From an uncultured Candidatus Entotheonella sp. (GTDB lineage: Bacteria; Tectomicrobia; Entotheonellia; Entotheonellales; Entotheonellaceae), in contig CBDCDA010000001.1 of NCBI GenBank assembly GCA_965215335.1, positions 224,001 to 288,000 on the forward strand: DNA of 64,000 nucleotides, read 5' to 3'. Under the pieces are notes generated by a model. The model was not told the DNA's origin, made no database searches, and saw nothing but the letters and a program-made list of their open reading frames with translations. The translations under genes and the position numbers were made by a program. Below, one piece after another: positions 19,139 through 29,016 of this stretch (position 1 is its first letter; every line of letters begins with the position of its first letter).

Positions 19139-22100
19139 TTACGATTTCCGCGCCCGCTTCCGGGATCGACCCTGCTTGTTCCGGCCCCTGCCTGCCTTTG
19201 AACCCCCCTTTCCCTTTCGACTTCTGGTTGAGCGATTCCAGTCGATCTTGCTGACATCGAGGCTGGCGACATCATTCCCGAATACTGGATTTACGGGCTC
19301 GAACAGCGCGGCGGCCATCTTCAGAAAACCGTCGCCGTGCAGGTTTTCCTCGATGGGATACGAGGAGGAACGCCCAGCGCCTTTTTTGCGGAGTTGCGTT
19401 TCTCCCAGATGCCGCGCCCGGCGCGTTGCCAGCCTGGCGGCGCCCAGCTGATGCGGGTGATCCGCCCCCGTCATAGCCCATTTCAGCATCAGGCCCTCGC
19501 GATGCAGCAGTTCGATGACGGACTTGCTGACGGCGTTCTTCAGCTTGCGGTCATAGGCCATCAACCGTCGCGCCTCGTTCACCTCGGCGGTCAGATTGAC
19601 GGGTGCGTCCGAGCGCAACATGTTGAAATGCGCCAAGCGGTTGCGGATACGCGCCACCTGGCCGTTGCCTGGCCGGAAAGCGTCACCGAAATAGCGCTGC
19701 AAACCGTTGCGGACCGACTGCGCCTCAGCGGTCTCGTTCAGATTCCTGAGCGCTTCGACAATCCGTCCTTCCGACAGGGTTCTGCATCCCTTTCCCTTGA
19801 ACACCCCGGACGGTTCGGAGCCGTTCCGGTGCATCAACGCCAGCGTCACGAAGTACAAGTCCCGCTCCCAAAGGCCCGCAAAGTCCACGAGTCGACCGAG
19901 AACGGTCATCAGAAGTCTGTGAACACGGACGTGGTCGGTCAGCGTGACGCGCGCCGAGCCATGGCGATGCCGCACGACCCCGGCGAGCGCCCGGACGTAG
20001 GCCCTGAGGTCCGAGGCGTCGAAGTCCTGGCGGGAGGCCGCCCACTTGTCGTGCAGATCTTCGCGTGCCTTCTGCCAGCGCGCGATGGGGGACGAGCCAT
20101 CGCTGTCGCGTTTTTCGGCCTGCTCGCAGCCCTGCACCTCCGCCTCCGTGACCGGGTGCTGCATGAATACGTTCCCGAGGGGCCGCAGATGTCCGAAGCG
20201 CATGATCTCGCGCAGACCTCGGCGAGGGAGCCGGCCGTCGTCATCGTCGCCGCCGGGTTGCAGGGGAAAGATGCGGTCGAACGACTCGCCGCCTTGGAAG
20301 AACTTCCTGAACTCAGCGATACCCGTGAGCGCCGCATTGCCTTCGAACTTGGCGTCGTGCATGTCCAGGTAGAGATCAAGGACTTTCTGGATACCCCGGA
20401 CACGCTCGAGCATCGGTCCTGGTGCGCGCGCTTCGCCTGGGCCGGGGTCCGGCCTGTCCGCGAGGATTTCCCATTTCCTCATCTGGTGGCGCAGGCTGGC
20501 GACGTCATCCACCGGCACGAGGTGGGCCAGGAAGTACAGAACGAGCTGCCAGTCATCAGTCGCCGCCGCGCCGGATGGGACTTCGGGCGTGAGAACATCG
20601 AGACCGCACTGGCGATCGGGAACGTCATCCGGCGTATCCATGGGAAGCTCCTGCACAAAGCCGAGTTCCTCCTTGTCCAGGTAACTGTCGAAAGCCCGCG
20701 CGATCACGTCGAGCGCCAGATCATCGATATAGCGGGCCTGCTCGCGGGCGCGGTCCGGATCACTGTCATAGCCGCGCTGCACCCGCATCTCGCTGGCCGT
20801 CTCCGCCGACAGGCGGGACAGGAAGCGCCGCATGGTGTCGCCGTCGCCGAGCTTGCCGAGGTGTTTCGCCTTCGCACGAATGGCGCTCTTGCGGCGCTCG
20901 TCGTCCTTCGCATTCATGTCTCGCGCCGCCTCCGTCGTCCGGTTGACCGCCTTGTCGATGAAGCCGTTCAACTCCGCGGCGGGACGCGCGGCCAGCCAGT
21001 CCCGGAAGGGGCGCTCGTAAAGGAGCTTCATGGCCGTGTACTGACACCGGCGGGCCGGCTGTTCAAGGGCGCTGCGGTTGACGGGTTCGGGGAGCACCGG
21101 GCTGGCGTCGTCCTTGATATTGGAAGCCCGCTTCAAAAGCCTGCTGAAGCGCGGCAGGGGAACGTCAGCCGTCCCCGGATGCGACACCGATTGCCAAATG
21201 ACATCAAGAAATTTCCGGTTCTGCGCTTTGTTGAAGAAGTGCTCGAAATGGGCTGCCCGCATGGTCTCGCGCAGCCGTCCGGCTCGCCCGTCGCGATCGC
21301 TCGTCCACAACCTGGTGATGGCGTCTCGGAGGCCGTCATCCTGCAACGCGCATTCCAGGGCCAACGCAAAACCACCCAATCCCTTGAAATGAAACGCGCT
21401 GTTGCGGAGCCTTGCGATGCCTTCCAGCGCGAACCTCAGAACACGGCGCTCCAAGTCGCCGTTCGGGGCACCCCCTGCCGGATTGGATGCGGACTTGAAA
21501 AGGCAGGCGTGGCTGCCAAAGAGAAGATCGAGCTTGCGGCGGCAGGCATCCAGGCGGAATTCCGTCCCGGTGATCGCCTGGATCTGATCCCCGCCCAGAA
21601 TGTCGTTCGTCTGCTTTCCTTGCGGATCGGCCCAATCCGTCAGGGTCCGGGCGGCCAGGGCGAGAACGTGCCGCCAGACGCGCGTGAAAGCCTCGTTGCG
21701 CTTGATGTCGGCCTGACCGTCGCTGCTCCAGTAGCGGCTCTGCGAAACGTTCTCCGGCCAGTGGCCAAGGACATGCGCCGACGCCGACGCCGCGCCTGAC
21801 GTCTCTTGTGCTTCGGCGGCCGCGGCCGCCTCGTAATGGATGACCTTTCCCAGACGGACGAGGCCGTTCAGGTTCCTGTTGGCGTGCGTCTTGTCGATGA
21901 GCGTGAAGAGCGCCTGCATGTCGGCGGGCAACGCCCCGGCAACCGACTTGTGCTTGATGGACTTGTGCCCGGAGAGGCGACGCCTGTAGACCTCCTTCAC
22001 CGCTTCATGCAGCGCGGAGGTGCCGCGATGGCGCGATTGGGCCTCCTTGATCGGCAGCGCCGCGCCGTGGTCGTCCTGGAACAGCCGGCCGTAATGCTCG

Positions 22101-22843
22101 AACAGGACCGGGCTGACGTCGCGCATGAAGACGATCTGTTTCCTGTTCTTTTCCGTCTCCATAGCCCGGGCTCGAATCGTGGCGGCGACGTCACCGGGCG
22201 CCGAATAGGCCGCTTTGTCGTCTTCAGACCATGGTGGGTTGTCATCGTGCCGAGCGGGCCTCTGCAAGATATTGCCCGCGATGCTTTCCGCGCGGGCGGT
22301 GATCCGGCCTCGCCGCTTGTTCGGACGATGGCCCGCTATCCGGTATTCCGCTTCATAGAGATGGGCGTGGATTTTTCGGACCACGTCCCTGGCGTCGACC
22401 AGGCACGGCTCGACATCGCCGGCGAAGCGCGCGTACCAGCGGCCCCTGGGGCCTGGTTCGGGTTTCGGATTTCCGTTGCGGTCCTTTCCGGGCAAGGCGT
22501 TGCCGTTGGGATACGGTTCGACCTTGAATCTCCACAGTTCTTCCAGCGTCGTTTCATTGTCGGCCGATTCGCCCAGAAGATCGTTTTCCACCAAACAGGC
22601 CCAGGCAGCATCGCCGAGCCTCTTGCGCAGGTCGCGCTGCGCCTGCGTCGGTTTACGGTTGCCCGTGGGCTTGGCGGCGATCTTGTCGATGGCTGAAATC
22701 CATTGCGCGATGACCAGCGCAGCGTGCGAATGCGCAAATTCGTCGAGGTCGCGTTCCCTGCCTGCCGCGCTCCGTTCAACGAGGGTGCGTCGCCGGCGCG
22801 CTGGCCGTACCGCGCTTCGTCCGTAGGGTCTGATAATCCGCAT
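19139..22843 (-). CDS. cas13a: Type VI-A CRISPR RNA-guided RNase Cas13a
   Basis: 1234 aa; HEPN motifs RNSAFH (R480, nt 21389-21406) and RNRLAH (R1067, nt 19628-19645); MRIIRPYG and AQWISAIDKI N-terminus, RLGKVIHY, IKRNEAF, WERD and LMAYDRKLKNAVSKS recall proteobacterial Cas13a; GAGG RBS; adjacent array. Confidence 0.93.
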   Translation of the reverse strand: MRIIRPYGRSAVRPARRRRTLVERSAAGRERDLDEFAHSHAALVIAQWISAIDKIAAKPTGNRKPTQAQRDLRKRLGDAAWACLVENDLLGESADNETTLEELWRFKVEPYPNGNALPGKDRNGNPKPEPGPRGRWYARFAGDVEPCLVDARDVVRKIHAHLYEAEYRIAGHRPNKRRGRITARAESIAGNILQRPARHDDNPPWSEDDKAAYSAPGDVAATIRARAMETEKNRKQIVFMRDVSPVLFEHYGRLFQDDHGAALPIKEAQSRHRGTSALHEAVKEVYRRRLSGHKSIKHKSVAGALPADMQALFTLIDKTHANRNLNGLVRLGKVIHYEAAAAAEAQETSGAASASAHVLGHWPENVSQSRYWSSDGQADIKRNEAFTRVWRHVLALAARTLTDWADPQGKQTNDILGGDQIQAITGTEFRLDACRRKLDLLFGSHACLFKSASNPAGGAPNGDLERRVLRFALEGIARLRNSAFHFKGLGGFALALECALQDDGLRDAITRLWTSDRDGRAGRLRETMRAAHFEHFFNKAQNRKFLDVIWQSVSHPGTADVPLPRFSRLLKRASNIKDDASPVLPEPVNRSALEQPARRCQYTAMKLLYERPFRDWLAARPAAELNGFIDKAVNRTTEAARDMNAKDDERRKSAIRAKAKHLGKLGDGDTMRRFLSRLSAETASEMRVQRGYDSDPDRAREQARYIDDLALDVIARAFDSYLDKEELGFVQELPMDTPDDVPDRQCGLDVLTPEVPSGAAATDDWQLVLYFLAHLVPVDDVASLRHQMRKWEILADRPDPGPGEARAPGPMLERVRGIQKVLDLYLDMHDAKFEGNAALTGIAEFRKFFQGGESFDRIFPLQPGGDDDDGRLPRRGLREIMRFGHLRPLGNVFMQHPVTEAEVQGCEQAEKRDSDGSSPIARWQKAREDLHDKWAASRQDFDASDLRAYVRALAGVVRHRHGSARVTLTDHVRVHRLLMTVLGRLVDFAGLWERDLYFVTLALMHRNGSEPSGVFKGKGCRTLSEGRIVEALRNLNETAEAQSVRNGLQRYFGDAFRPGNGQVARIRNRLAHFNMLRSDAPVNLTAEVNEARRLMAYDRKLKNAVSKSVIELLHREGLMLKWAMTGADHPHQLGAARLATRRARHLGETQLRKKGAGRSSSYPIEENLHGDGFLKMAAALFEPVNPVFGNDVASLDVSKIDWNRSTRSRKGKGGSKAGRGRNKQGRSRKRARKS

Positions 22844-22861
22844 CGTGGCCTCGACTCTGAT

Positions 22862-22991
22862 TCCTTGTGGACGTCACGAACCTCGCGCCCTTGCGCGGCC
22901 TCGCGTGCCGCGACCGCGCCCATGGCCGTCATCTCGGTTTCGGGGTCCGGGCGCAGGCGCTGGCCCTCCGGGGGGTCTGCGTTTGGGAAGG
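22862..22991 (-). repeat. Diverged copy of helicase segment 23480-23608
   Basis: About 87/99 identical over 22862-22960 by hand alignment; encodes RLRPDPETEMTAMG...AAQGREVRDVHKE. Confidence 0.9.
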
Positions 22992-23054
22992 AAGTCACTT
23001 TAGCGAAGTCAGTCGAAGTGAACCACGGGCAGCATACAGGAACAACCCCCCACC

Positions 23055-23091
23055 CCCCTTTTCAGGAAGGCCAAGCTTCCTTTCTGAGGGG
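23055..23091. terminator. Imperfect stem-loop between helicase and cas13a
   Basis: cccct..tcaggaagg / cctttctgagggg inverted repeat. Confidence 0.35.
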
Positions 23092-23148
23092 AGCGGAACG
23101 GTATACGGCAGAGTACATCGGACTGGCCGGCTGTGGCCCTTGGCTTCT

Positions 23149-26100
23149 TCACGATCCGGCCCTGCCGCCGTAGCCGCCTCCGGCTTCCCGAACCGTCATC
23201 GGCTGCTGTAGCGCATTCACGTCCAGCCAGTAGTGCTGCACCTTGGTTACTTCACGCCATGCGAAGCTGGCCGGGTCGTGGAGCGGGGCCTGAAGTTCCG
23301 GATCGTTGGCGCAGTTGGTTACCACGTAGAGCCAGTAGCAATCCCGGCGGTCCTCGGCCACGCGGCGCTCATTGGGGGTCAGCAGGATGCTGCCGGCAGA
23401 ACCCGCGAGACCTTTCACCTCGATCAGGCGCAATTCACCCGATTGCAGATCGAGACTCCTCACGTCGTAGCCGAGATTCTCCTTGTGGACGTCACGGACC
23501 TCACGGCCCTGCGCGGCCTCGTAGGCCATGACCACGCCCATGGCCGTCATTTCGGTTTCGGGGTCCGGGCGCAAGCGCCGTACCTCCGGGGTGTCGCGTT
23601 CGGGATGGGGCAGGAGGAGGGCGCTCGCCAGCCGCGCAACGCCCTGCAGGGTGACCGCCTGTTGCCGCTGGAGTTCCTCACGCCGACGGTCGCGGCGCGC
23701 CATGACCTCCGCGTGACGGGCTTCAGCCTGCGCCAGGCGGCCCTCGGCGCCCGCAACCCCTGCCTCCACTTCCGCCGCGGCGCGGCCGATCTCGTCGTCA
23801 ATGCGTTGCAAGACTTCGGTCAAGGAGAGGCTGACATGTGCAGCGATGCGTTCGACTTCGGCTTGGCGTTCGCTACGAATCTCGCCGACAAAAGGCACGA
23901 GGGCGTTGTCGTGAAGCCAGGCCGTCGCCTCCGGGTGAGCAGCAACGGCCGGCAGGTCGCGCGGCGCCGCAGTGGGACTGAGATTGCTCAGAACATCCGG
24001 CTCGCGGAGACGAGGCGAGTCGCCGTCCGTCAGTTCGACGGCGAACAGCCGTTCGTGGATGATGCGTCCGAGGCCATCGACGACCCGCGCCCGGTAGAAA
24101 TCGAGGCGCGCCGGGGCGTCATGCGCCAGGGAATGGAAACAGGCTCCCTTGGCAAAGGCCCCCAGGCTGCGGTCGAGACCGTGCCGGCGCAGGGCCTCGA
24201 AGAGCGGGTGCCCGGGCGTCACCCATTCGAGGTTGTTTGCCTCGGCCGTATCGCGGTCCGTCGACAGGCGCGGATAACGAGCTGCCAGCGCCGCAAGCTT
24301 CCAGTTCGGCTCGCGGTCATACCGCTTCAGGCCGGGCGGCGTGCGGCCAGGCTCGAATGTATGCGCCAGGTTGCCTACGGGCCGCAGCGTCAGACCGGCA
24401 TCCGGCGCGCATTCCGTGATGAAACGGGCGATGGTCTCGGGCACGACACGCCGTTCTTGCGCCCGCGCCCGGCGTTCGATGAGCATGTCGAGATTGAGCC
24501 TTCTGGCCGCCAAGCCTTCCAGCGCCGTTTGACAGATGTTGCGGAAGTGCTGCTCATCGACGTCCTTCAGGAGGCGCTCCTCGAGGTCGGCGTCGCCCAG
24601 GTTGCCCGCGTAATAGTCACGCAGGACACGCTCCACATGCGCGGCCGGCAAGACCTCGCCGACCACGTTGAACACCGCATCGTCATCGAGGGCGTCGCGG
24701 ATTTCCCGCAGCTTGTCCAGGAGACGTTGGAGTACCCGTCCTTCGATGGTATTGGTGGCCACGAAGTTGAAGATCAGGCAGTCCTGCCGCTGCCCGTAGC
24801 GGTGAATGCGGCCCATGCGCTGTTCGAGGCGATTCGGGTTCCAGGGGATGTCGTAGTTGAAGAGAACATGGCAACACTGCAGGTTGATGCCTTCGCCGGC
24901 CGCTTCGGTGGCCACCAGGACCTGGATATGCCCGTCACGGAATTGCTGCTCGACATGCAGGCGGGTGCCGGGTTCGTCGCGTGAACCGGACGTCATGCCA
25001 CCGTGAATGCAGCCTGTCCGGAAGCCCCAGGCCCGCAACTGTTGCATCAAGTGGTCGAGGGTGTCCCTGAACTCGGTGAAAAGCAGCAGACGTTGCTCGG
25101 GGCGATCAAAGAACCCCTCCTGTTGCAGGATAGCCCGGAGTTGGGCGAGCTTCGCTTCGCTGCCTGCGGTTTCGACAGCCCTGGCGTCTTCGGCAAGCCC
25201 CTGGAGCTCGGTAATCTCCGCACGCACCTGTGCGGCGTTGCCGGCCAGCGTGACGGCTTCCAGCAGCCGCTCCAGCCGTTCGCGCTCGGCGTCCTCGAGT
25301 TCTTCGAGCTCCTCCAGGTCGGGGAGGTCCGGCGGCGCGCGGCGCGCCAGTTCCTGGGCGCGCTCGAGGCCATTCTCCAACCGCCTGGCCCGGTTTTCCA
25401 GCGACCGCCGCATGGCGCAGGTGCTGGAAGCCAGGCGCCGCTGGTACAGCGACATCAGGAATCCGATGGCCCGAGCCCGCGGGTCGTCACCCTGGGCCGC
25501 GGCGCGGGCACTCTGCCGCTTCACAAAGCGGGTAATCTTCTCATACAGAGCAAACTCGGCGCCGTCGATGGCGAAGGCGGCGGTGCGCGGAATGCGTTTC
25601 GTGAATACCGGCTGTGCGGCCCATGCGCCATCTGTCCGGCGCTCCGGGAAATAGACCATCGCCTCCTTCGTGCGGCGCAGGTAGAAGGGCGCTCGCTGCC
25701 GTTCCATCGCCTCGCGAATCGACCGTACGTCGGCGTAGGCGTCGCGGTCGAGCAGTTGCAGGAACAGCGTGAAGTTCTGCGGGTCGCCCTTGTGGGGCGT
25801 GGCGGTCAGCAGCAGGATGTGATCGGCGCGGTCGCGCAGCAGTTCGCCCAGGGCATAGCGCTGGCTCTTGTGGGTCGCGTCGCGCGCCGACATGCGGTGC
25901 GCCTCGTCGACAATCACCAGGTCCCAGTGGACCTGGCGCAGCCCGGGCAGGATGGCGGCGCGCTTGGCGAGGTCGAGGGAGGTGATGACCTGCTTTTGCT
26001 CCATCCACTGATTGACGCCGAACTGGTCGCGGATGTCGCTGCCCTTGAAGACGATGCAGGTCTCGTCGAACTTTTCCTTGAGTTCGCGTTGCCACTGGAA

Positions 26101-26586
26101 GGTGAGGTTGGCCGGGCAGACGACGAGGAGGCGTTCGATCAGGCCGCGCAGCTTGAGTTCGCGCACTAGCAATCCGGCCATGATGGTCTTGCCGGCGCCG
26201 GCGTCGTCAGCGAGCAGGAAGCGCACGCTCGGCAGCTTGAGGAGGTGCTCGTAAACGGCTTCGAGCTGGTGCGGCAGCGGGTCGACGCGCGAGATGGAAA
26301 GCCCGAAATAGGGGTCGAACTCGTAGGCGATGCCGAGGGCATACGCCTGCAAGCCAATCCGCAGAAGCCGTCCGTCGCCATCATGGGAGAGCACGGCATC
26401 AGCGATCGTCAGGTTCGAGAGGTCATCCGTGCCGAGTACGACGCGGCGGAACTGCTCGGAGTGCTGACCAACGAGGCCGGCTTCCCAGACACCAGTTCCC
26501 CCTGAACGTACGGTTTCCACCCGCATCGGCTCGTTGAACAGTGGGCCGATCAGGACTTGTCCTTCCTGGATTGGGGCTGCGCTCAT
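23149..26586 (-). CDS. SNF2-family helicase with C-terminal DUF3883 (NOV-C) PD-(D/E)XK nuclease
   Basis: LLADDAGAGKT, DEAH, TATPH, EGINLQ, EQRMGRIHR; GYDVRS...IEVKG...LTPNE. Confidence 0.93.
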   Translation of the reverse strand: MSAAPIQEGQVLIGPLFNEPMRVETVRSGGTGVWEAGLVGQHSEQFRRVVLGTDDLSNLTIADAVLSHDGDGRLLRIGLQAYALGIAYEFDPYFGLSISRVDPLPHQLEAVYEHLLKLPSVRFLLADDAGAGKTIMAGLLVRELKLRGLIERLLVVCPANLTFQWQRELKEKFDETCIVFKGSDIRDQFGVNQWMEQKQVITSLDLAKRAAILPGLRQVHWDLVIVDEAHRMSARDATHKSQRYALGELLRDRADHILLLTATPHKGDPQNFTLFLQLLDRDAYADVRSIREAMERQRAPFYLRRTKEAMVYFPERRTDGAWAAQPVFTKRIPRTAAFAIDGAEFALYEKITRFVKRQSARAAAQGDDPRARAIGFLMSLYQRRLASSTCAMRRSLENRARRLENGLERAQELARRAPPDLPDLEELEELEDAERERLERLLEAVTLAGNAAQVRAEITELQGLAEDARAVETAGSEAKLAQLRAILQQEGFFDRPEQRLLLFTEFRDTLDHLMQQLRAWGFRTGCIHGGMTSGSRDEPGTRLHVEQQFRDGHIQVLVATEAAGEGINLQCCHVLFNYDIPWNPNRLEQRMGRIHRYGQRQDCLIFNFVATNTIEGRVLQRLLDKLREIRDALDDDAVFNVVGEVLPAAHVERVLRDYYAGNLGDADLEERLLKDVDEQHFRNICQTALEGLAARRLNLDMLIERRARAQERRVVPETIARFITECAPDAGLTLRPVGNLAHTFEPGRTPPGLKRYDREPNWKLAALAARYPRLSTDRDTAEANNLEWVTPGHPLFEALRRHGLDRSLGAFAKGACFHSLAHDAPARLDFYRARVVDGLGRIIHERLFAVELTDGDSPRLREPDVLSNLSPTAAPRDLPAVAAHPEATAWLHDNALVPFVGEIRSERQAEVERIAAHVSLSLTEVLQRIDDEIGRAAAEVEAGVAGAEGRLAQAEARHAEVMARRDRRREELQRQQAVTLQGVARLASALLLPHPERDTPEVRRLRPDPETEMTAMGVVMAYEAAQGREVRDVHKENLGYDVRSLDLQSGELRLIEVKGLAGSAGSILLTPNERRVAEDRRDCYWLYVVTNCANDPELQAPLHDPASFAWREVTKVQHYWLDVNALQQPMTVREAGGGYGGRAGS

Positions 26587-26821
26587 AGCGGCTGCGTTCC
26601 CCCCATAGCTGGATTCGTTACAAGCCTTCCGCTTGTGCCGTCGCGCCTCCGGGGCATCGGGTCAGGCGGGGTCAGACCGCGTCACGAGACCGGCTCCGGC
26701 CCCCTTTGCCTGATGACAATGGAAAATGCTAGCGGAGTGTGGCAAAGCTCTTCCTTGTCGAGTCACGACACGGGATTTGGAATTGTGGATTTTGGATCAA
26801 GGGAGACGAATCCACGATGAA

Positions 26822-27550
26822 TTACCACACCAGGAACTGGACGCCGAACAGGACCAGCATGCCCAGCACCAGGCGTCGAAAGAACACCTGGCTGACGTGC
26901 GGCAGGACCAGACGGCCGGTGTACACGCCGACCAGCATCGCCAGACCCATGGCGACGGCCAGCGCCAGCCGGTCGGCGATGAAGAACCCCTGCTGCCAGT
27001 ACAACACGGTGCGCTGCGCGTTGCCGAGCAGGAAGAACAGCGCCACCATGGCGATCAGGTCTTCCTTCAGCAAGCCGTAACGCAGAAAGATGACCGCCAG
27101 TAGCGGCCCGGCGATGCCGATGCTGCCCAGCAGGGCGCCGGCGACCGCGCCGCCCAGGGGCAGGAACCCGGCGTGCGGCGCGGTTCGGCTCTCGCCGCCG
27201 CGCCAGCCTTCGTAGGCGGCAAACGCCAGCAGGAAGACGCCGAGCATGCGGCGCAGGGCGGTTTCGGTCAGGACGTCAAAAAGCAGCGTGCCGGCGTAAA
27301 TGCCGGGCACCACGCCGAGAAAGAAGAGGGCCGCCAGGCGCCAGTGCAGATGACGCCGGAACAGCCAGCAACGCAGTCCGACGGCCAGCAGCTGCGCCGG
27401 GGCGACGAGCGGAATCACCACTTTCAGATCGAGGAACGGGCCGAGTACGCCGTACAGGATCATGCCTGCGCCGATGCTGGTGATGGTAGTCACCACCGAC
27501 GCCAGCAAGGCGCCGCCCAGGGCCACGAGCCACAAGGTGAAGTCGAGCAT
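26822..27550 (-). CDS. TauE/SafE family sulfite exporter
   Basis: Polytopic membrane protein with duplicated Gly-rich halves. Confidence 0.75.
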   Translation of the reverse strand: MLDFTLWLVALGGALLASVVTTITSIGAGMILYGVLGPFLDLKVVIPLVAPAQLLAVGLRCWLFRRHLHWRLAALFFLGVVPGIYAGTLLFDVLTETALRRMLGVFLLAFAAYEGWRGGESRTAPHAGFLPLGGAVAGALLGSIGIAGPLLAVIFLRYGLLKEDLIAMVALFFLLGNAQRTVLYWQQGFFIADRLALAVAMGLAMLVGVYTGRLVLPHVSQVFFRRLVLGMLVLFGVQFLVW

Positions 27551-27651
27551 GGCGAAGCGCCTGCCGGGACAGGGGTTTCCGAGTGGGGCGGGACGGCCTG
27601 AAGGCCATGGTAGCACGCCGACGCCGCGGTAGCCGCGGGTCGGATTGACGC

Positions 27652-28260
27652 AGCGTCATCCGACACGGCCCTGAAGAACTACGGCGTGCGCCTGATTTCC
27701 GTCCTGCCGGAGACCTGGCTGGTGCACCTGGTGACGCTGCCCGAGGCGAAGGGCAAAGCCATGTTACGCAGTGAAGCACTGGCGGCCATATACCCGGAGC
27801 TGGCGTCGTGTGTGGTCATCACCATCATGGGCGCCACCGCGTCGGAACTCTACGCCCTGGGCCACCGGCCGAATTTCTTTTATCTGGAACACGCCATGGG
27901 GCTGGGCATTGCGCTCAGCCGTCCCGAGGAGACGGTCGTGGTGCTGGACGGCGGCGGCTCGATCTTGATGAACCTCGGCAGCCTGACGACCCTGGCGCGC
28001 TACCGGCCGGCCGATCTGATTCACGTCGTCTTCGGCAACGAAAGTGCTCTTGTCAGTGGGCAGGACGTTCACCACCGCCACGGGCAGCAGCATCGCGGCG
28101 ATGGCCGAAGCGGCGGGGACGCCGCGTTCAGCCACGGTGGACACGGTGGAAGGCTGCCGCCAGGCGTTTCAGGAAGCCCTGGCGGCGCGAGAATTGACGA
28201 CCTTGGCCGCGAGGGGCCGGCGACTTGTCACATCGACGTCCACATGCTGGCGAGTTCCAG
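27652..28260 (+). pseudogene. Decayed TPP-dependent decarboxylase (sulfopyruvate decarboxylase-like) alpha remnant and beta subunit
   Basis: LKNYGVRLISVLPETWL remnant; MLRSEAL...NFFYLEHAMGLG...LDGGGSILMNLGSL with frameshift near 28050. Confidence 0.65.
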
Positions 28261-28307
28261 CGCTACCTCACCCGCGACCGCCGCAAGGCTGGTTGATCAC
28301 GGGCGGC

Positions 28308-28895
28308 TCAGGCCTGCACCAGCTGGCCGACGTCGGAGGTCGGCGCGTCGATCAGCCGGGTGGCCGGCAGGTCTTCGATCTTGCCGGTGTCCAGCAATTC
28401 CTGAGCGGCGGGCACCGGCAGCACGTCACGATGGTGCTCCGTGTTCAGCCCGCCGGTCTGCCCCGTCGGGTCTTCGACCCACCACGACGCCTCCAGGGCG
28501 ATGCCGTTGGGGTCCGTGAAGTAGATCGACTGAATGAGCCCGTGGTCCACTACCTCCGTGACTTCGCAGCCATGATCGAGCAGGCGTTGCCGCAACGCCT
28601 GCATAGCCTCGGCGTCCGGCAGGTTGAGCGACACGTGGTCGAACTGAATGGCCCTGTCGTCCGGCACCCCCGCCGGTTTGGCAAAGCCTTCCACCTCGTG
28701 GTTGCGGTACTCGAAAAACGCCACCGTGGCGCCGTTGCCCACGTCGAAGAAGTAATGCCGGAACGACTCGTTGCCGACCGTGGCGACCAGGCGTGCGCCG
28801 AGCACGCCGTGCCAGAATCGCGTCGTCGTGTCCATGTCGTTCGTCACCAGCGCCAGGTGATTCAACCCGGCCCACCGAACCGCTTCACTACTCAT
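28308..28895 (-). CDS. VOC/glyoxalase family protein
   Basis: GLNHLALVTNDM, FDHVSL, SIYFTDPNGIALE. Confidence 0.88.
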   Translation of the reverse strand: MSSEAVRWAGLNHLALVTNDMDTTTRFWHGVLGARLVATVGNESFRHYFFDVGNGATVAFFEYRNHEVEGFAKPAGVPDDRAIQFDHVSLNLPDAEAMQALRQRLLDHGCEVTEVVDHGLIQSIYFTDPNGIALEASWWVEDPTGQTGGLNTEHHRDVLPVPAAQELLDTGKIEDLPATRLIDAPTSDVGQLVQA

Positions 28896-29016
28896 CTCTC
28901 TTCTCCTCTCGGCCAATGCAAGTACCTGTATGGCACGTGTGTTATGCTGGCCTTCGGCGGGGAAACATAGCACGAATCCCGGAAATTTCCCCTGAGCTCG
29001 AAGGCGACGTCCTCCC

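Noticed and set aside
19337..21799. 820-aa plus-strand ORF opposite cas13a (and similar long antisense ORFs, e.g. 6682-8310, 23233-24984, 53075-55213)
   Set aside because: Shadow ORFs expected in high-GC coding DNA; no recognisable motifs
22862..22991. TR/VR pair of a diversity-generating retroelement
   Set aside because: Mismatches are not confined to adenines and no RT gene is present
12329..26586. Integrative element or prophage boundaries for the defence island
   Set aside because: No integrase, tRNA, att-like direct repeats or phage genes were recognised
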